A DNA stretch of 63,735 nt. Origin: a virus. Lineage: Duplodnaviria > Caudoviricetes. The notes under the pieces are model-generated. The model saw nothing but the letters and a program-made list of their open reading frames with translations. It was not told the DNA's origin and made no database searches. The stretch lies in the IMG/VR virus record IMGVR_UViG_3300045110_000325, positions 1 through 63,735 of that record; one strand, given 5' to 3'. Of the stretch, positions 19,583 through 28,729 are shown piece after piece (the stretch's first letter is position 1; each line of letters opens with the position of its first letter). A program made the translations under genes and the position numbers.

Positions 19583-20014
19583 ATGCGGGACGAGGAGCAC
19601 GCGCGCAGGCTGGCCGCCGGCCGCTGGGTGCGTGACGCGCGCGTCCGCCGGGGTTTTCAGCATCAGACAGAGCTGGCGCAGGCGCTGAACGTCCACCCGT
19701 CGCTCGTCTCGGGCATCGAGCGCGGGCACGCTCCCGTGTCCGTCGAGGTCGCGCAGCGGCTGGCCGGCGTCCTCCACATGCCGCTGCTGGAGGTGTGGCG
19801 AAGCGTCGGCCTGCCGTTGCCGCCCGGCATCCCGGACGACCAGCTGGGGGACTACCCCCTGGCGCGGCACAACCTCAAGGACCACGAGTACGACGCGCTG
19901 ATCGCAGTGCTGCGGGCGCTGCGCGGCGAGGACGCCGCGGCCATCCTCGCCGGCCAGGACGCCGCCGACGAGCCCGAGCCGTCCGACCCCCGCCGCCGCG
20001 GCGTGGCCGGATGA
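19583..20014 (+). CDS. immunity repressor (XRE HTH)
   Basis: QTELAQALNVHPSLVSGIERG; divergent from cro. Confidence 0.8.
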   Translation: MRDEEHARRLAAGRWVRDARVRRGFQHQTELAQALNVHPSLVSGIERGHAPVSVEVAQRLAGVLHMPLLEVWRSVGLPLPPGIPDDQLGDYPLARHNLKDHEYDALIAVLRALRGEDAAAILAGQDAADEPEPSDPRRRGVAG

Positions 20015-20121
20015 GGAGCCTCCCCGCCCGCCCGCCATAGCGTCACCCCGCCCCGCATGGAGGCCGCCCCCCCATCCGTGGACGACGCTCCGCCTTTCGC
20101 CGGGTCAGGCGGGGCGAGGAG

Positions 20122-20526
20122 GTGTCAATGAGGTCGATGCCGACCAATCCGGCGGCACTCCGCAGGTCGGGCTGGGCGTGCGCCGCGAGCGGGCTGGCGG
20201 TGATGGCGGGCCCTGACGTGGCTCACATCCCTGATCACTGGGCCCGGCTCGGCTTGGTGCTGACGTACGCCGGCCTGTTGGCGTGGGCGACCGCGACGAT
20301 CCTGGCGCATCAGCGCAGGCTGGAGGAGCGGACTCTGGCCAGGGACGCGGAGGCGACCGCCACGCAAGTCCGGACCGGTTTCCAGCTCGGCTGCGCGTCG
20401 ATCCGCGCCGGGGCTGCTGCTCCGGCCGTGTCAGCCGGGTTGTCCGCTGACCGGCGGCGTCCCCGGCTGCGCCTCGTCAGCGACAGGGGAGTTGACGGGG
20501 CCGCCGGGGAGCAGGACTCGGCCTAG
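20122..20526 (+). CDS. two-TM membrane protein in the immunity cassette
   Basis: GAGGAGG RBS, two hydrophobic segments. Confidence 0.55.
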   Translation: MSMRSMPTNPAALRRSGWACAASGLAVMAGPDVAHIPDHWARLGLVLTYAGLLAWATATILAHQRRLEERTLARDAEATATQVRTGFQLGCASIRAGAAAPAVSAGLSADRRRPRLRLVSDRGVDGAAGEQDSA

Positions 20527-21846
20527 CCGGTCTGGCTCCGCCGGCTTCGCTGGCAGCACCTGCTCGCCCCACGCCTCGAGCGCCTGGCGCTGCGCCGAGT
20601 CGGGCGGGGTGTCGTAGCGGTCAAGCATCGCCCTCTGCGTCCAGCCGGCGATCGCCATCACGGTCCGGTCGGAGACGCCGAGGGCGCGCAGGCCGGTGGC
20701 CATGGTGTGCCGCAGCTCGTGGACGCGGCGGCGCGGCAGCCCGGCCTCGTCGAGGATCGCCTGCCACTCCGCCCAGTCGGCCTTCGCCTCGATCGGTCCG
20801 CCGGCCGGCGTGGTGAACACGAGCCCGCCGAACTCCGCGCCGGGGCCCTGCTTCCCGTTGGAGTCCTGCGGCGGCTGCCGGTCCCGCAGGCCGGCGAGGA
20901 GCACGGCCAGCGCCGGCAGCAGGGGGACGGTCTTGGACCTGTGCGTCTTCACGTCGCCGAGGACCAGCCCGCCCGTGCGGACGCCGGGCGGTGGCCGGCG
21001 CTGGGGGCAGTTCCCGCCGCGTTTGCGCCCGCACGACGGGCCCCGCCCGGGCTGGTCAGCGCCAGGACAGCCGTGCCGCCAGGGCAGCCGCTCCAGGTCG
21101 TGCCGAATCGTCACCGACGCGGCCAGGGGGTCGGCGATGTCCAGGTCGTCCCAGCACAGCCCGAGCGCCTCTCCCTGCCGCAGGCCGAGGAGCATGCCGA
21201 GCAGCCACCGCACGCCGTTGCGCCGGCCAGCCGCTGCGGCGGCGACTTGCCGGGCCTCCGCGGCGGTCAGCGGCTTGACCTCGCGGCGGCGCACCGTCGG
21301 AGGGTCGACGAGGTCGCATGGGTTGCGCACGTTGTGCTTGCGGCCGGCGAGGACGTAGAGCCGCGACAGGATGCGGTGCACGTGCAGCACCGTCTGCGGG
21401 GACAGCGGCCCGCCGTCCTTGCCGCCGTGGTCGAGGAGGTCGGCGTAGAGCCGCTCGACCCGCTGGGGTGTGACCCGGTCCAGCCGCAGCCCGCCGATGT
21501 GGGGCGCGATGTACCGCTCGACCTTCCCCCGGGCGCGCCACACCGTGCCGGGGGCGCGCTGCGAGGCGGGCATGACCACGTCGAGCCAGTGCCTGGCCCA
21601 CGCCTCCACCGTCGGGGGGCGGTCGGACGCGACCGCGCCGGAGTCCTCCATCTCGCGGCGGGCCTTCGCGAGCTTCGCCCGGACCTCGGCCTGGGTCCTG
21701 CCGTAGCGGGTGACCCGCCGCCGCCGGCCGGTGCCGTCGTCCACCGAGAACTGCCCCATGTAGGACCCGCTGGCCTTGTGCCAGCAGACCGTCCCCTCGC
21801 CGCGGGCCCGGCGCGGGCGGTCGCGTCGAGGGGGGTTGCGCGGCAC
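20431..21846 (-). CDS. int: tyrosine integrase
   Basis: GEGTV arm domain; LRQGEALGL.W, HELRH, GW..MLDRY; Cys-rich insertion. Confidence 0.95.
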   Translation of the reverse strand: MPRNPPRRDRPRRARGEGTVCWHKASGSYMGQFSVDDGTGRRRRVTRYGRTQAEVRAKLAKARREMEDSGAVASDRPPTVEAWARHWLDVVMPASQRAPGTVWRARGKVERYIAPHIGGLRLDRVTPQRVERLYADLLDHGGKDGGPLSPQTVLHVHRILSRLYVLAGRKHNVRNPCDLVDPPTVRRREVKPLTAAEARQVAAAAAGRRNGVRWLLGMLLGLRQGEALGLCWDDLDIADPLAASVTIRHDLERLPWRHGCPGADQPGRGPSCGRKRGGNCPQRRPPPGVRTGGLVLGDVKTHRSKTVPLLPALAVLLAGLRDRQPPQDSNGKQGPGAEFGGLVFTTPAGGPIEAKADWAEWQAILDEAGLPRRRVHELRHTMATGLRALGVSDRTVMAIAGWTQRAMLDRYDTPPDSAQRQALEAWGEQVLPAKPAEPDRLGRVLLPGGPVNSPVADEAQPGTPPVSGQPG

Positions 21847-21865
21847 GTCCCCAAGCCTATCGGAG

Positions 21866-22122
21866 TACTGCCAGACTACTGCCTACAGGATGTCCCGTGC
21901 TGTCGAGCTATGTAGACCTGCGTCGTGCGACACACGGTCTCGCCTGGGCGGTTGTCCCGCAGTGTCCCGCCATGTAGAGTGGCACCCGTACTGGTCGGCG
22001 GTTTCCTAAACCGTGTGTCGGAGGTTCGAATCCTCTCGGGGGCACAACCTCGCTGACCTGCCAGTTCGGCACTCGGCGGCGGGAACCTCGAACAGCCAGG
22101 TACTGCCAAGTCTACTGCCAGA
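21866..22122. other. attP: attP: tRNA-Arg(CCT) 3'-half core flanked by TACTGCC arm-type repeats
   Basis: Core ~21998-22045 (GCGGT-TTCCTAA-ACCGT, GGAGG-TTCGAAT-CCTCT, CGGGGGCA); TACTGCC at 21866, 21877, 22101, 22113. Confidence 0.88.
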
Positions 22123-22140
22123 GAGGACGGGCCTCCCCCA

Positions 22141-22719
22141 ATGGCTGACATGACCGATCAAGTGCGGCGCAGCAGCCAGGTGTCCATCGACGGCGGCCCG
22201 CTGCTGGAGTGCGAACTGGCGACTGAGCGCGAGGTCGAATACGTCCGCTCACTCCACGCTGTCAAGCCGGACACGCAATGGGCGTTCGTCGACAGCCAAG
22301 GACACCAGCACCAATTCGCCGAAGGCCGTGCTCTGCCGACTCTCACCCCGCAATCTGAGCACGTTCCCTGCGATGGGTCCTGTGGCGGCGTCTGCGAGGG
22401 CGAGGGCTACCACATCACCGTTTACACCTGCTCGCTGTGCGGCGATGTCGTCGAGCCGAGCTGGGTGCCGGACCACGATGCGATGACCGTCGGCACGCCG
22501 GTGGTCATCGCCGAGAGTCAGACCCTGACGGTGCTGCAAGACCCAGGCTTGCGCGATTACGCCTATGGCTCTGAGTTGCCGGTTCGAGTCCAGTTCGGCG
22601 ACCGGTGGATGACCGGTGTGGGGTGGATAAACAGCCTGCAAGTGACCACATGGCCGGTTCCTCGATTCGCGCTGACGATGCCCTGTCGACTTCAGCCGGA
22701 AGAGGAGCGCGCGTCATGA
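22141..22719 (+). CDS. hypothetical Cys/His protein
   Basis: D.QGH.H, C..C motifs. Confidence 0.55.
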   Translation: MADMTDQVRRSSQVSIDGGPLLECELATEREVEYVRSLHAVKPDTQWAFVDSQGHQHQFAEGRALPTLTPQSEHVPCDGSCGGVCEGEGYHITVYTCSLCGDVVEPSWVPDHDAMTVGTPVVIAESQTLTVLQDPGLRDYAYGSELPVRVQFGDRWMTGVGWINSLQVTTWPVPRFALTMPCRLQPEEERAS

Positions 22720-22964
22720 CCGACCTGCCTGAGACCTCCCTCATTCGCTCCACGGAGGCTGTGGAACTTCTGCGTCGAGCTGCCGCCGATGCCCGCGAGC
22801 AGCACGGCCCGGCGCACGCTCGCCACGAGTTCTGGTGTCGGTTGTCGAACTGGTGGGACAAGACGGCCTGGATGATTGAGATGGACGCCGACTTGCTCCA
22901 TCGCATCGGATGCGACGAGGCCGTCGCCGCTGCTCGCGCCTACCTTGGCAGGCCGGCGTCATGA
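22716..22964 (+). CDS. hypothetical protein
   Basis: ATGA overlap; A.A.ARAYL C-terminus. Confidence 0.55.
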   Translation: MTDLPETSLIRSTEAVELLRRAAADAREQHGPAHARHEFWCRLSNWWDKTAWMIEMDADLLHRIGCDEAVAAARAYLGRPAS

Positions 22965-23239
22965 GCCTCAACCTCTACTGGCAGCCCGTCGTCCCGCAGG
23001 AGCGGCATTGCCTCGGCGGGCACCCCGTCAAAGGCGTCCTGGTCCGCGCGTTCGGCGACGGCGACGGCTCGCGGATGACCGAGTTCGAGTTGACCGCGGC
23101 GAACTTCGGCGAGTTGCGGATGCTCCAGCGAGTCCACGACAGCCCGTCCGAGAATCACCAGGAGATCAGGGACGGGATCGAGAAAGTGATCGAGGCGGTC
23201 GAGCGTTATGGCGCTGTCCAATGCTTCACCGCCGATTAG
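22961..23239 (+). CDS. hypothetical protein
   Basis: ATGA overlap. Confidence 0.55.
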   Translation: MSLNLYWQPVVPQERHCLGGHPVKGVLVRAFGDGDGSRMTEFELTAANFGELRMLQRVHDSPSENHQEIRDGIEKVIEAVERYGAVQCFTAD

Positions 23240-23362
23240 ATTCCGCCGCACATGGAGTAGTGGCACACTGACCAGGACCGCTGACTCAAGGCGGCCGGAG
23301 CCGATGATTCCCGCCACCGGCCCCGGCCTTGCCCGACCCCCGATCCAACCGGGAGACGGACC

Positions 23363-25492
23363 GTGGAGAAACCTACCGACGTAGCGCAGCGCACGTCACC
23401 GCCCGGCCGGCTGATCCAGCTCCGCCGGAAGGCGGAGCCTGAGGTCGCAGAGGCGGCCGAGCTGCCCGCTGTCGCGGACGAGGTCGTCGACGGCGAGCTG
23501 GTCGACGACGGCGAGGGCCGGGACCTGGAGCCGGCGCTCCCTCCGCAGTTCACGGCTCTCCCCGCGCGGCCGATCATCGCGGACTGGCTCCGCTCCAGCG
23601 GGCAGCGCCGGATGGCCGCGAAGTGGGCGCTGCGGTTCGCCGGCCACGTCGTCGCGTTCCACATCGCGCGCCTGCCGTTGTACGCGGGGAAGCTGGCCCT
23701 TTACGCCCCGCGGGGCCTTGCCCGGTCGTCTCTGGCCGCGGCGTGCTGGCTCGCGGACCTGGAGGCCCGGCCGCTGCGGAGGGCGGCCGTGGACAAGGTG
23801 GAGATCGGCGAGTACATCAAGCTCGCGCGGCTGCGGGACGACCGGATACGCGGGCGGCTGATCTGGGCCGGGGTGCTGGCGGTCCCCGTCCTCGTCGTCC
23901 TCGCCGTCGGCTGGTTCTTCTACCGCCCGTACTTCACCGTCGGGCTGGTTGTCGCCGTCGCCATGCTCGGCTGGCTTGGCCGGCGCAGAGACAAGCCGCT
24001 GATCCCCCACGCCGTGATCCCCACGGAGGCGAAGCCGCTGACCGCGGACACGGTGACCGCGGCCCTCGGGTCGCTGGGGATCTCGAAGATAGACCAGGCC
24101 GTCGCCAAGGGGCCGGGGTTGGCGTTCCCCGCGCCGATCTGCCGCGACGGCCCCGGGTGGCGCGCCGACGTGGACCTCCCCCTGGGCGTCACCCCCGGGG
24201 AGGTGATGGAGCGGCGGGAGAAGCTGGCGTCGGGGCTGCGCCGGCCGCTGGGCTGCGTGTGGCCGGGGGCTGATCCGGAGATTCACGAGGGGCGGCTGGT
24301 GCTGTGGGTCGGCGACCAGGACATGTCCAAGATGCGCCAGCCGCCGTGGCCGTTGGCGAAGTCGGGGACGACGGACCTGTTCAAGGAGTTCCCGTTCGGC
24401 ACGGACCAGCGCGGCCGGGACGTGTCGCTGACGTTGATGTTCGCGTCGATGGTGATCGGCTCGGTGCCGCGGATCGGGAAGACGTTCGCGCTGCGGCTGA
24501 TCCTCCTCGCCGCGGCGCTGGACGTGCGCGCGGAGATCCACGCCTTCGACCTGAAGGGCATGGGCGATTTCTCCGCGCTGGAGCCGGTGCTGCACCGCTA
24601 TGGCCGGGGCTGCCGCGACGAGGTGGTCGAGCGGATACGCGCGGACCTGCTGGACGTGCGGGCCGAGCTGACCCGCCGCACCGACGTGGTTGACGCCCTG
24701 CCGCGGGAGATCGCGCCCGAGTCGAAGATCACCCCCGAGTTGGCTTCGCGGCGGCAGCTGCGGCTCCACCCGATCGTGATCGCCATCGACGAGTGCCAAC
24801 TCGCCTTCGACCACCCCGTGTTCGGCGACGAGATCGAGGCGTTGTGCGACGACTTGAACCGCCGCGGCCCGGCGGCCGGGATCATGTTGATCCTCGCCAC
24901 GCAGCGCCCCGACGCGAAGTCGATCCCGTCAGGGGTGAAGGCGAACTCGGTGCTGCGGTTCTGCCTCAAGGTGACCGGCCATTTGGAGAACGACATGGTG
25001 CTCGGGACCGGCGCGTACAAGGCCGGGGTGCGGGCGACGATCTTCTCCCGCCGGGACCTGGGCATCGGGTACCTGGTGGGCGAGGGGGCCGACCCGACGA
25101 TCACCCGCACGTACTACGTCGACAACCCGGGCGCGGAGCGGATCGCGGCGCGGGCGCGGCGGCTGCGGGAGGCCGCGGGCACGCTGTCGGGGCACGCGCT
25201 CGGGGAGGAGCCGGAGACGGGCCCGGTCTGCACGGTCCTCGACCACGTGCGGATGGTGCTCGCGCCGGGGGAGGAGAAGGTTTGGTCGGAGACGCTGCTG
25301 GAGCGGATGCGGGAGCGATGGCCGGAGCGGTACGACGGCTGGTCGACGACGCAGCTGGCACTGGCGCTCAAGCCGTACGACATCGCCACCAAGCAGATCC
25401 CGCGCCGCTTCGGCGAGCGGGTCGTGAACAACCGCGGGGTCGAGACGGCGGACGTTCTGGCCGCCTCGGCGTCGCCGCTCGAAAGGCGCTGA
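23363..25492 (+). CDS. traB: FtsK/SpoIIIE-family DNA translocase, TraB-like
   Basis: N-terminal TM pair; Walker A GSVPRIGKT, Walker B IAIDECQ, LATQRP; C-terminal winged-helix-like tail. Confidence 0.85.
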   Translation: MEKPTDVAQRTSPPGRLIQLRRKAEPEVAEAAELPAVADEVVDGELVDDGEGRDLEPALPPQFTALPARPIIADWLRSSGQRRMAAKWALRFAGHVVAFHIARLPLYAGKLALYAPRGLARSSLAAACWLADLEARPLRRAAVDKVEIGEYIKLARLRDDRIRGRLIWAGVLAVPVLVVLAVGWFFYRPYFTVGLVVAVAMLGWLGRRRDKPLIPHAVIPTEAKPLTADTVTAALGSLGISKIDQAVAKGPGLAFPAPICRDGPGWRADVDLPLGVTPGEVMERREKLASGLRRPLGCVWPGADPEIHEGRLVLWVGDQDMSKMRQPPWPLAKSGTTDLFKEFPFGTDQRGRDVSLTLMFASMVIGSVPRIGKTFALRLILLAAALDVRAEIHAFDLKGMGDFSALEPVLHRYGRGCRDEVVERIRADLLDVRAELTRRTDVVDALPREIAPESKITPELASRRQLRLHPIVIAIDECQLAFDHPVFGDEIEALCDDLNRRGPAAGIMLILATQRPDAKSIPSGVKANSVLRFCLKVTGHLENDMVLGTGAYKAGVRATIFSRRDLGIGYLVGEGADPTITRTYYVDNPGAERIAARARRLREAAGTLSGHALGEEPETGPVCTVLDHVRMVLAPGEEKVWSETLLERMRERWPERYDGWSTTQLALALKPYDIATKQIPRRFGERVVNNRGVETADVLAASASPLERR

Positions 25493-25581
25493 CACGCTTA
25501 TCCGCAGGTCAGGAGTCTGTGGATTGATTACTTGGCCGCTTACAGTAAGCGACCTCGCCGATTACAGAAGGGACCGAAGCC

Positions 25582-25752
25582 ATGGGATTGTTCAGCGACC
25601 GGCGGGAGTACAAGGCCGCGCAAGAGGCGCAGGCGAAGCTGCAGCGGAGCCAGAAGCGGCGCAAGATCCGCGAGGAGACGCCGTCGTACCTGAAGGCGAA
25701 CAAGAGGACGAACGCCGCCGTCAACAAGCTGCCGTGGTGGGCACGGATCTAG
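25582..25752 (+). CDS. small basic protein (56 aa, not in ORF track)
   Basis: MGLFSDRREYKAAQ...ETPSYLKAN...LPWWARI; AAGGGA RBS. Confidence 0.65.
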   Translation: MGLFSDRREYKAAQEAQAKLQRSQKRRKIREETPSYLKANKRTNAAVNKLPWWARI

Positions 25753-25766
25753 GGAGGACAGAAGTC

Positions 25767-25919
25767 ATGGGCATCTTCGACGGGGACCCGAGGTACCAGG
25801 AGCTGAAGCGCATCCGCGAGAAGGAGGGCTACAAGGGTTGGTTAGACCAGGACAACAAGAAGGTGTCCGACAAGGACGTGAAGTCGGGCGCGTGGAAGGG
25901 CAAAGGCAAGAAGAAGTGA
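25767..25919 (+). CDS. small basic protein
   Basis: GGAGGA RBS; MGIFDGDPRY...GWLDQD. Confidence 0.65.
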   Translation: MGIFDGDPRYQELKRIREKEGYKGWLDQDNKKVSDKDVKSGAWKGKGKKK

Positions 25920-26170
25920 TCATCGCCGCCGCCGCGTCGTCGGGTGTGTCGCCTTGGCATTGGCTGTGGATAGCCGCCGCCATGGCCGCCCTGTACCTCG
26001 TCGGGTGCTGGGTGTACCCGTACGCGCCGTGCCGTGTGTGCATGGGCTCGGGGCAGCGCCGCTCCGGCGGGGTGCTCGGCGAGGGCGGGTCGTGGCGTCG
26101 GTGCTGGCGCTGCGGCGGACGCGGGGAGCGGATCAGGCCCGGCGCGAGACTCCTCGGGAGGGGCAAGTGA
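25916..26170 (+). CDS. TM + DnaJ-type CxxCxGxG zinc finger protein
   Basis: PYAPCRVCMGSG ... CWRCGGRGER.R. Confidence 0.7.
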   Translation: MIIAAAASSGVSPWHWLWIAAAMAALYLVGCWVYPYAPCRVCMGSGQRRSGGVLGEGGSWRRCWRCGGRGERIRPGARLLGRGK

Positions 26171-26436
26171 TCGGCAGAATCGTGCACACGCCGCCAGGCG
26201 GGCACTCGTGCATGCCTGGATGGGAGACCATCCGGACAACCCCCGGATCGCCGGCGCCGTACTCCGCCCACTCCGTCAACACCGGCTGCTTCGCCCCCGA
26301 GGGCAGCGTGTGGGAATGCGAGTGCGCCCGGACGTTCGTCGCGTTCTACGACCGCCGGCATGGCTGCCTGGCCGCGTTCTGGCGGCCGGAGCGGCGCCGC
26401 GAGCGCAAGCGCCGGCTCAAGGCGGCTGCCTCGTGA
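26167..26436 (+). CDS. hypothetical protein
   Basis: GS.WECEC; GTGA overlaps. Confidence 0.5.
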   Translation: MIGRIVHTPPGGHSCMPGWETIRTTPGSPAPYSAHSVNTGCFAPEGSVWECECARTFVAFYDRRHGCLAAFWRPERRRERKRRLKAAAS

Positions 26437-27113
26437 GTGGGCGAGCCTGGGCGTACACCGGCGTCGTCCTCGGCGCGGCGGTGTCGGTCGCGGCGAACGT
26501 CGCCCACTCCTACGTCCCCCCCGAGGACGCGCCGCCTGCCTGGTCTCCGCACGCCGGGGCGGTCGTCGGCGCGGTGTTCTGGCCCGTGGCGCTGCTCGTG
26601 TCGCTGGAGATCCTCGCCCGGGTGGAGTGGCCGTCCGGGTGGCGGTGGACAGCTGTCCGCTACCTCGGACTGATCCCGGTCGGCGTGGTGGCAGCCGTGG
26701 TCAGCTACCGGCACATGTCCGGACTGCTGGAGTGGTACGGCGAGGAGAGCATCACGTGCGACCTCGGGCCGTTGGCGGTGGACGGCCTGATGGTGATGTC
26801 CGCCGGGGCGCTGCTGGCCACGGCTCGGACAGCCCGGGCAGTCGAGGCGGCGGCCGAGGACAGCCCGACCGAGCCGCTGGCGACGGAGCCCGCCGAGACC
26901 GTGAAGCCGCAGGTCGTGCTTGACCTCGTGGCGACCCTGGACCGCCTCGGCGTGCCACCTGGCACCGGCCGGGAGAAGTCCCGACAGGAGCTCGCGAAGG
27001 TCGGCCGGCGGGCGTCGACGGGCGACCTGTCCGAGGCTGTCCGGCTGCGGAAGACAGGTGACCGTGCCAAGGTCAACGGCGTGGACCGAGAACTGGAGAG
27101 GGCAGGGACATGA
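26433..27113 (+). CDS. DUF2637/SpdA-like multi-TM protein
   Basis: S..ANV.HS, WP..L, SY.H..L, P.AVDG motifs. Confidence 0.75.
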   Translation: MSGRAWAYTGVVLGAAVSVAANVAHSYVPPEDAPPAWSPHAGAVVGAVFWPVALLVSLEILARVEWPSGWRWTAVRYLGLIPVGVVAAVVSYRHMSGLLEWYGEESITCDLGPLAVDGLMVMSAGALLATARTARAVEAAAEDSPTEPLATEPAETVKPQVVLDLVATLDRLGVPPGTGREKSRQELAKVGRRASTGDLSEAVRLRKTGDRAKVNGVDRELERAGT

Positions 27114-27244
27114 CCGACCGACACGCTGGGTACATCGTCATGCTCGACCACGACCACCGCGACGAATCCGCATGTGCACTACCCGTGCGACACGGTTCGC
27201 CTCGTGGCCTCGGCCTGGTTTGACCACGACCGCTACGACTCAGC

Positions 27245-27718
27245 GTGGAGCGTGTGACCGTGGACATCGTGGAGTTAATCCGGCGCAACCTGGCGGCTGA
27301 CCGGGAGGCGGCTGAGGCGGCGACGCCGGGGCCGTGGCGGCACAACCCCGACAAGCATTGGCGGAAGCCAGGCACTTCGTGGTTCGAGGAGGCAGTCTTT
27401 GCCGGACCAGCCGGGGATGATGCGACCTGCGTCGCGGGCACGGGAGAAACCGAGGACCCGCAGAGCCACGCCGACGCCGCCCACATCGCCCGCCAGGACC
27501 CGGCCGCGACGCTGCGCCGCGTCGAGGCCCTGGAGCGGATCGTGGAACTGCACGCGGTTGAGCACAAGTGCCCAACATTGTTGGACGACGGCGTCGCGGG
27601 GGACCTGTTCACCTTTCAGGTGGGCGGTCGTTTCCCGTGCCAGACCTTGCGCTTGATCGCCTCGACCTGGCCCAACGCCCCCGGCTACGACCCGGCGTGG
27701 ACGGTGCCGCCGCTGTGA
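27245..27718 (+). CDS. DUF6221-like protein (start approximate)
   Basis: AATPGPW, A.HIARQDPA..L..V.A, TLR.IA..W...PGYDPAW. Confidence 0.7.
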   Translation: MERVTVDIVELIRRNLAADREAAEAATPGPWRHNPDKHWRKPGTSWFEEAVFAGPAGDDATCVAGTGETEDPQSHADAAHIARQDPAATLRRVEALERIVELHAVEHKCPTLLDDGVAGDLFTFQVGGRFPCQTLRLIASTWPNAPGYDPAWTVPPL

Positions 27719-27751
27719 CCCCCTCGCGTCGTTGTGTAGTGCGCTTGACAA

Positions 27752-27961
27752 TCAATCGGTGCGTGGTGCGCTTGTCTCGCTCGCACGAACGATCTGCCGA
27801 ATCCGTTCACGGCTGTAACCAGTCGCTCTAACGATGTCGACTTGGCGGACACCATCGCGGGTAGCTTCAACGATGACATGGGCGAGACGCTCACGAGCCT
27901 CGTCTCCTTTGCTGACCATGCGAGCGAGGTCGGCCATGTCGCGCAGCAAGTCTCTAGTCAT
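27752..27961 (-). CDS. small HTH protein, antisense to its neighbours
   Basis: GVRQVDIVRATGYSRERIRQI. Confidence 0.7.
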   Translation of the reverse strand: MTRDLLRDMADLARMVSKGDEARERLAHVIVEATRDGVRQVDIVRATGYSRERIRQIVRASETSAPRTD

Positions 27962-27984
27962 GCCAAGAGTGTAGGCCGAGCCCC

Positions 27985-28029
27985 TTGACATTGCCAGGGT
28001 GCCATGCCAAGCTAATTGGCATGGCACCC
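27985..28029. promoter_or_regulatory. TTGACA promoter overlapped by a 14-bp perfect inverted repeat
   Basis: GGGTGCCATGCCAA-gctaa-TTGGCATGGCACCC at 27997-28029. Confidence 0.7.
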
Positions 28030-28542
28030 GAACCGTCCACACTTACGGGAACGATCCCCGTTCAAGATGGCTGTAAGCCAACCAGTGTCTACCGTCTTTA
28101 CAATGATAGCGGGACATTGTTATACGTAGGCATTGCGACCAATCCATCTCACCGATTCAGGCAACACGCCAAAGACAAACGTTGGTGGTCGGATGTCACC
28201 AGTGCGCGGATCGAAATGGCCGGTAGCGTGGATGATGCGCTCAGGATTGAACGAGAGGCAATCATGGAGGAAGCTCCTTTGCATAACGTCATGGGGAGAC
28301 TGCCACCAAGCGTGAATGCGCTAAGGAATGGGGCTGAAATCAGACGTGCGGCGCGGCAGGAGTTGGCTGATGCCACAGAGGAACGGAAGCGGAGAGCTCC
28401 GGTAGTTGAGCAACAGTGGCGGCAGTCCATCTGCCAGGCCGTGGCGGGGGGTGTCCCCGTGGTGGAGGTCGCCGCGTTGGCGGGGATCTCCCGTGAGCGC
28501 GTCTACCAGATCCGGCGTCAACGCACGGAGGAGACATCGTGA
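28021..28542 (+). CDS. GIY-YIG nuclease domain fused to a C-terminal HTH
   Basis: VYRLY...LLYVG....R..QH...K.WW...E..AI..E.P.HN; VAALAGISRERVYQI; lower GC. Confidence 0.8.
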   Translation: MAPEPSTLTGTIPVQDGCKPTSVYRLYNDSGTLLYVGIATNPSHRFRQHAKDKRWWSDVTSARIEMAGSVDDALRIEREAIMEEAPLHNVMGRLPPSVNALRNGAEIRRAARQELADATEERKRRAPVVEQQWRQSICQAVAGGVPVVEVAALAGISRERVYQIRRQRTEETS

Positions 28543-28561
28543 CGGACAGGAAGGACCGGGA

Positions 28562-28729
28562 ATGGGACTGTTAGACAAGGCCAGGAAAGCTAGCGCGATC
28601 CAGGACATCGTCTTAAGTGGGTCAACGAAAGCTCCTGACGGGACATGGGTCAGAACGCGCAAGGAATACAAGGCAGCCGAGGCGCGCGCGAAGAAGTCGA
28701 AAAGCGGCAAGCGGGCGGCGAAGCGGTGA
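28562..28729 (+). CDS. small basic protein
   Basis: MGLLDKARK..RKEYKAAE. Confidence 0.5.
   Translation: MGLLDKARKASAIQDIVLSGSTKAPDGTWVRTRKEYKAAEARAKKSKSGKRAAKR

Noticed and set aside
21982-22046. Complete or D-armless tRNA-Arg gene (GCACCCG could pair 6/7 with CGGGGGC)
   Set aside because: No D arm, a mismatched acceptor stem and flanking arm repeats; attP core is the simpler explanation
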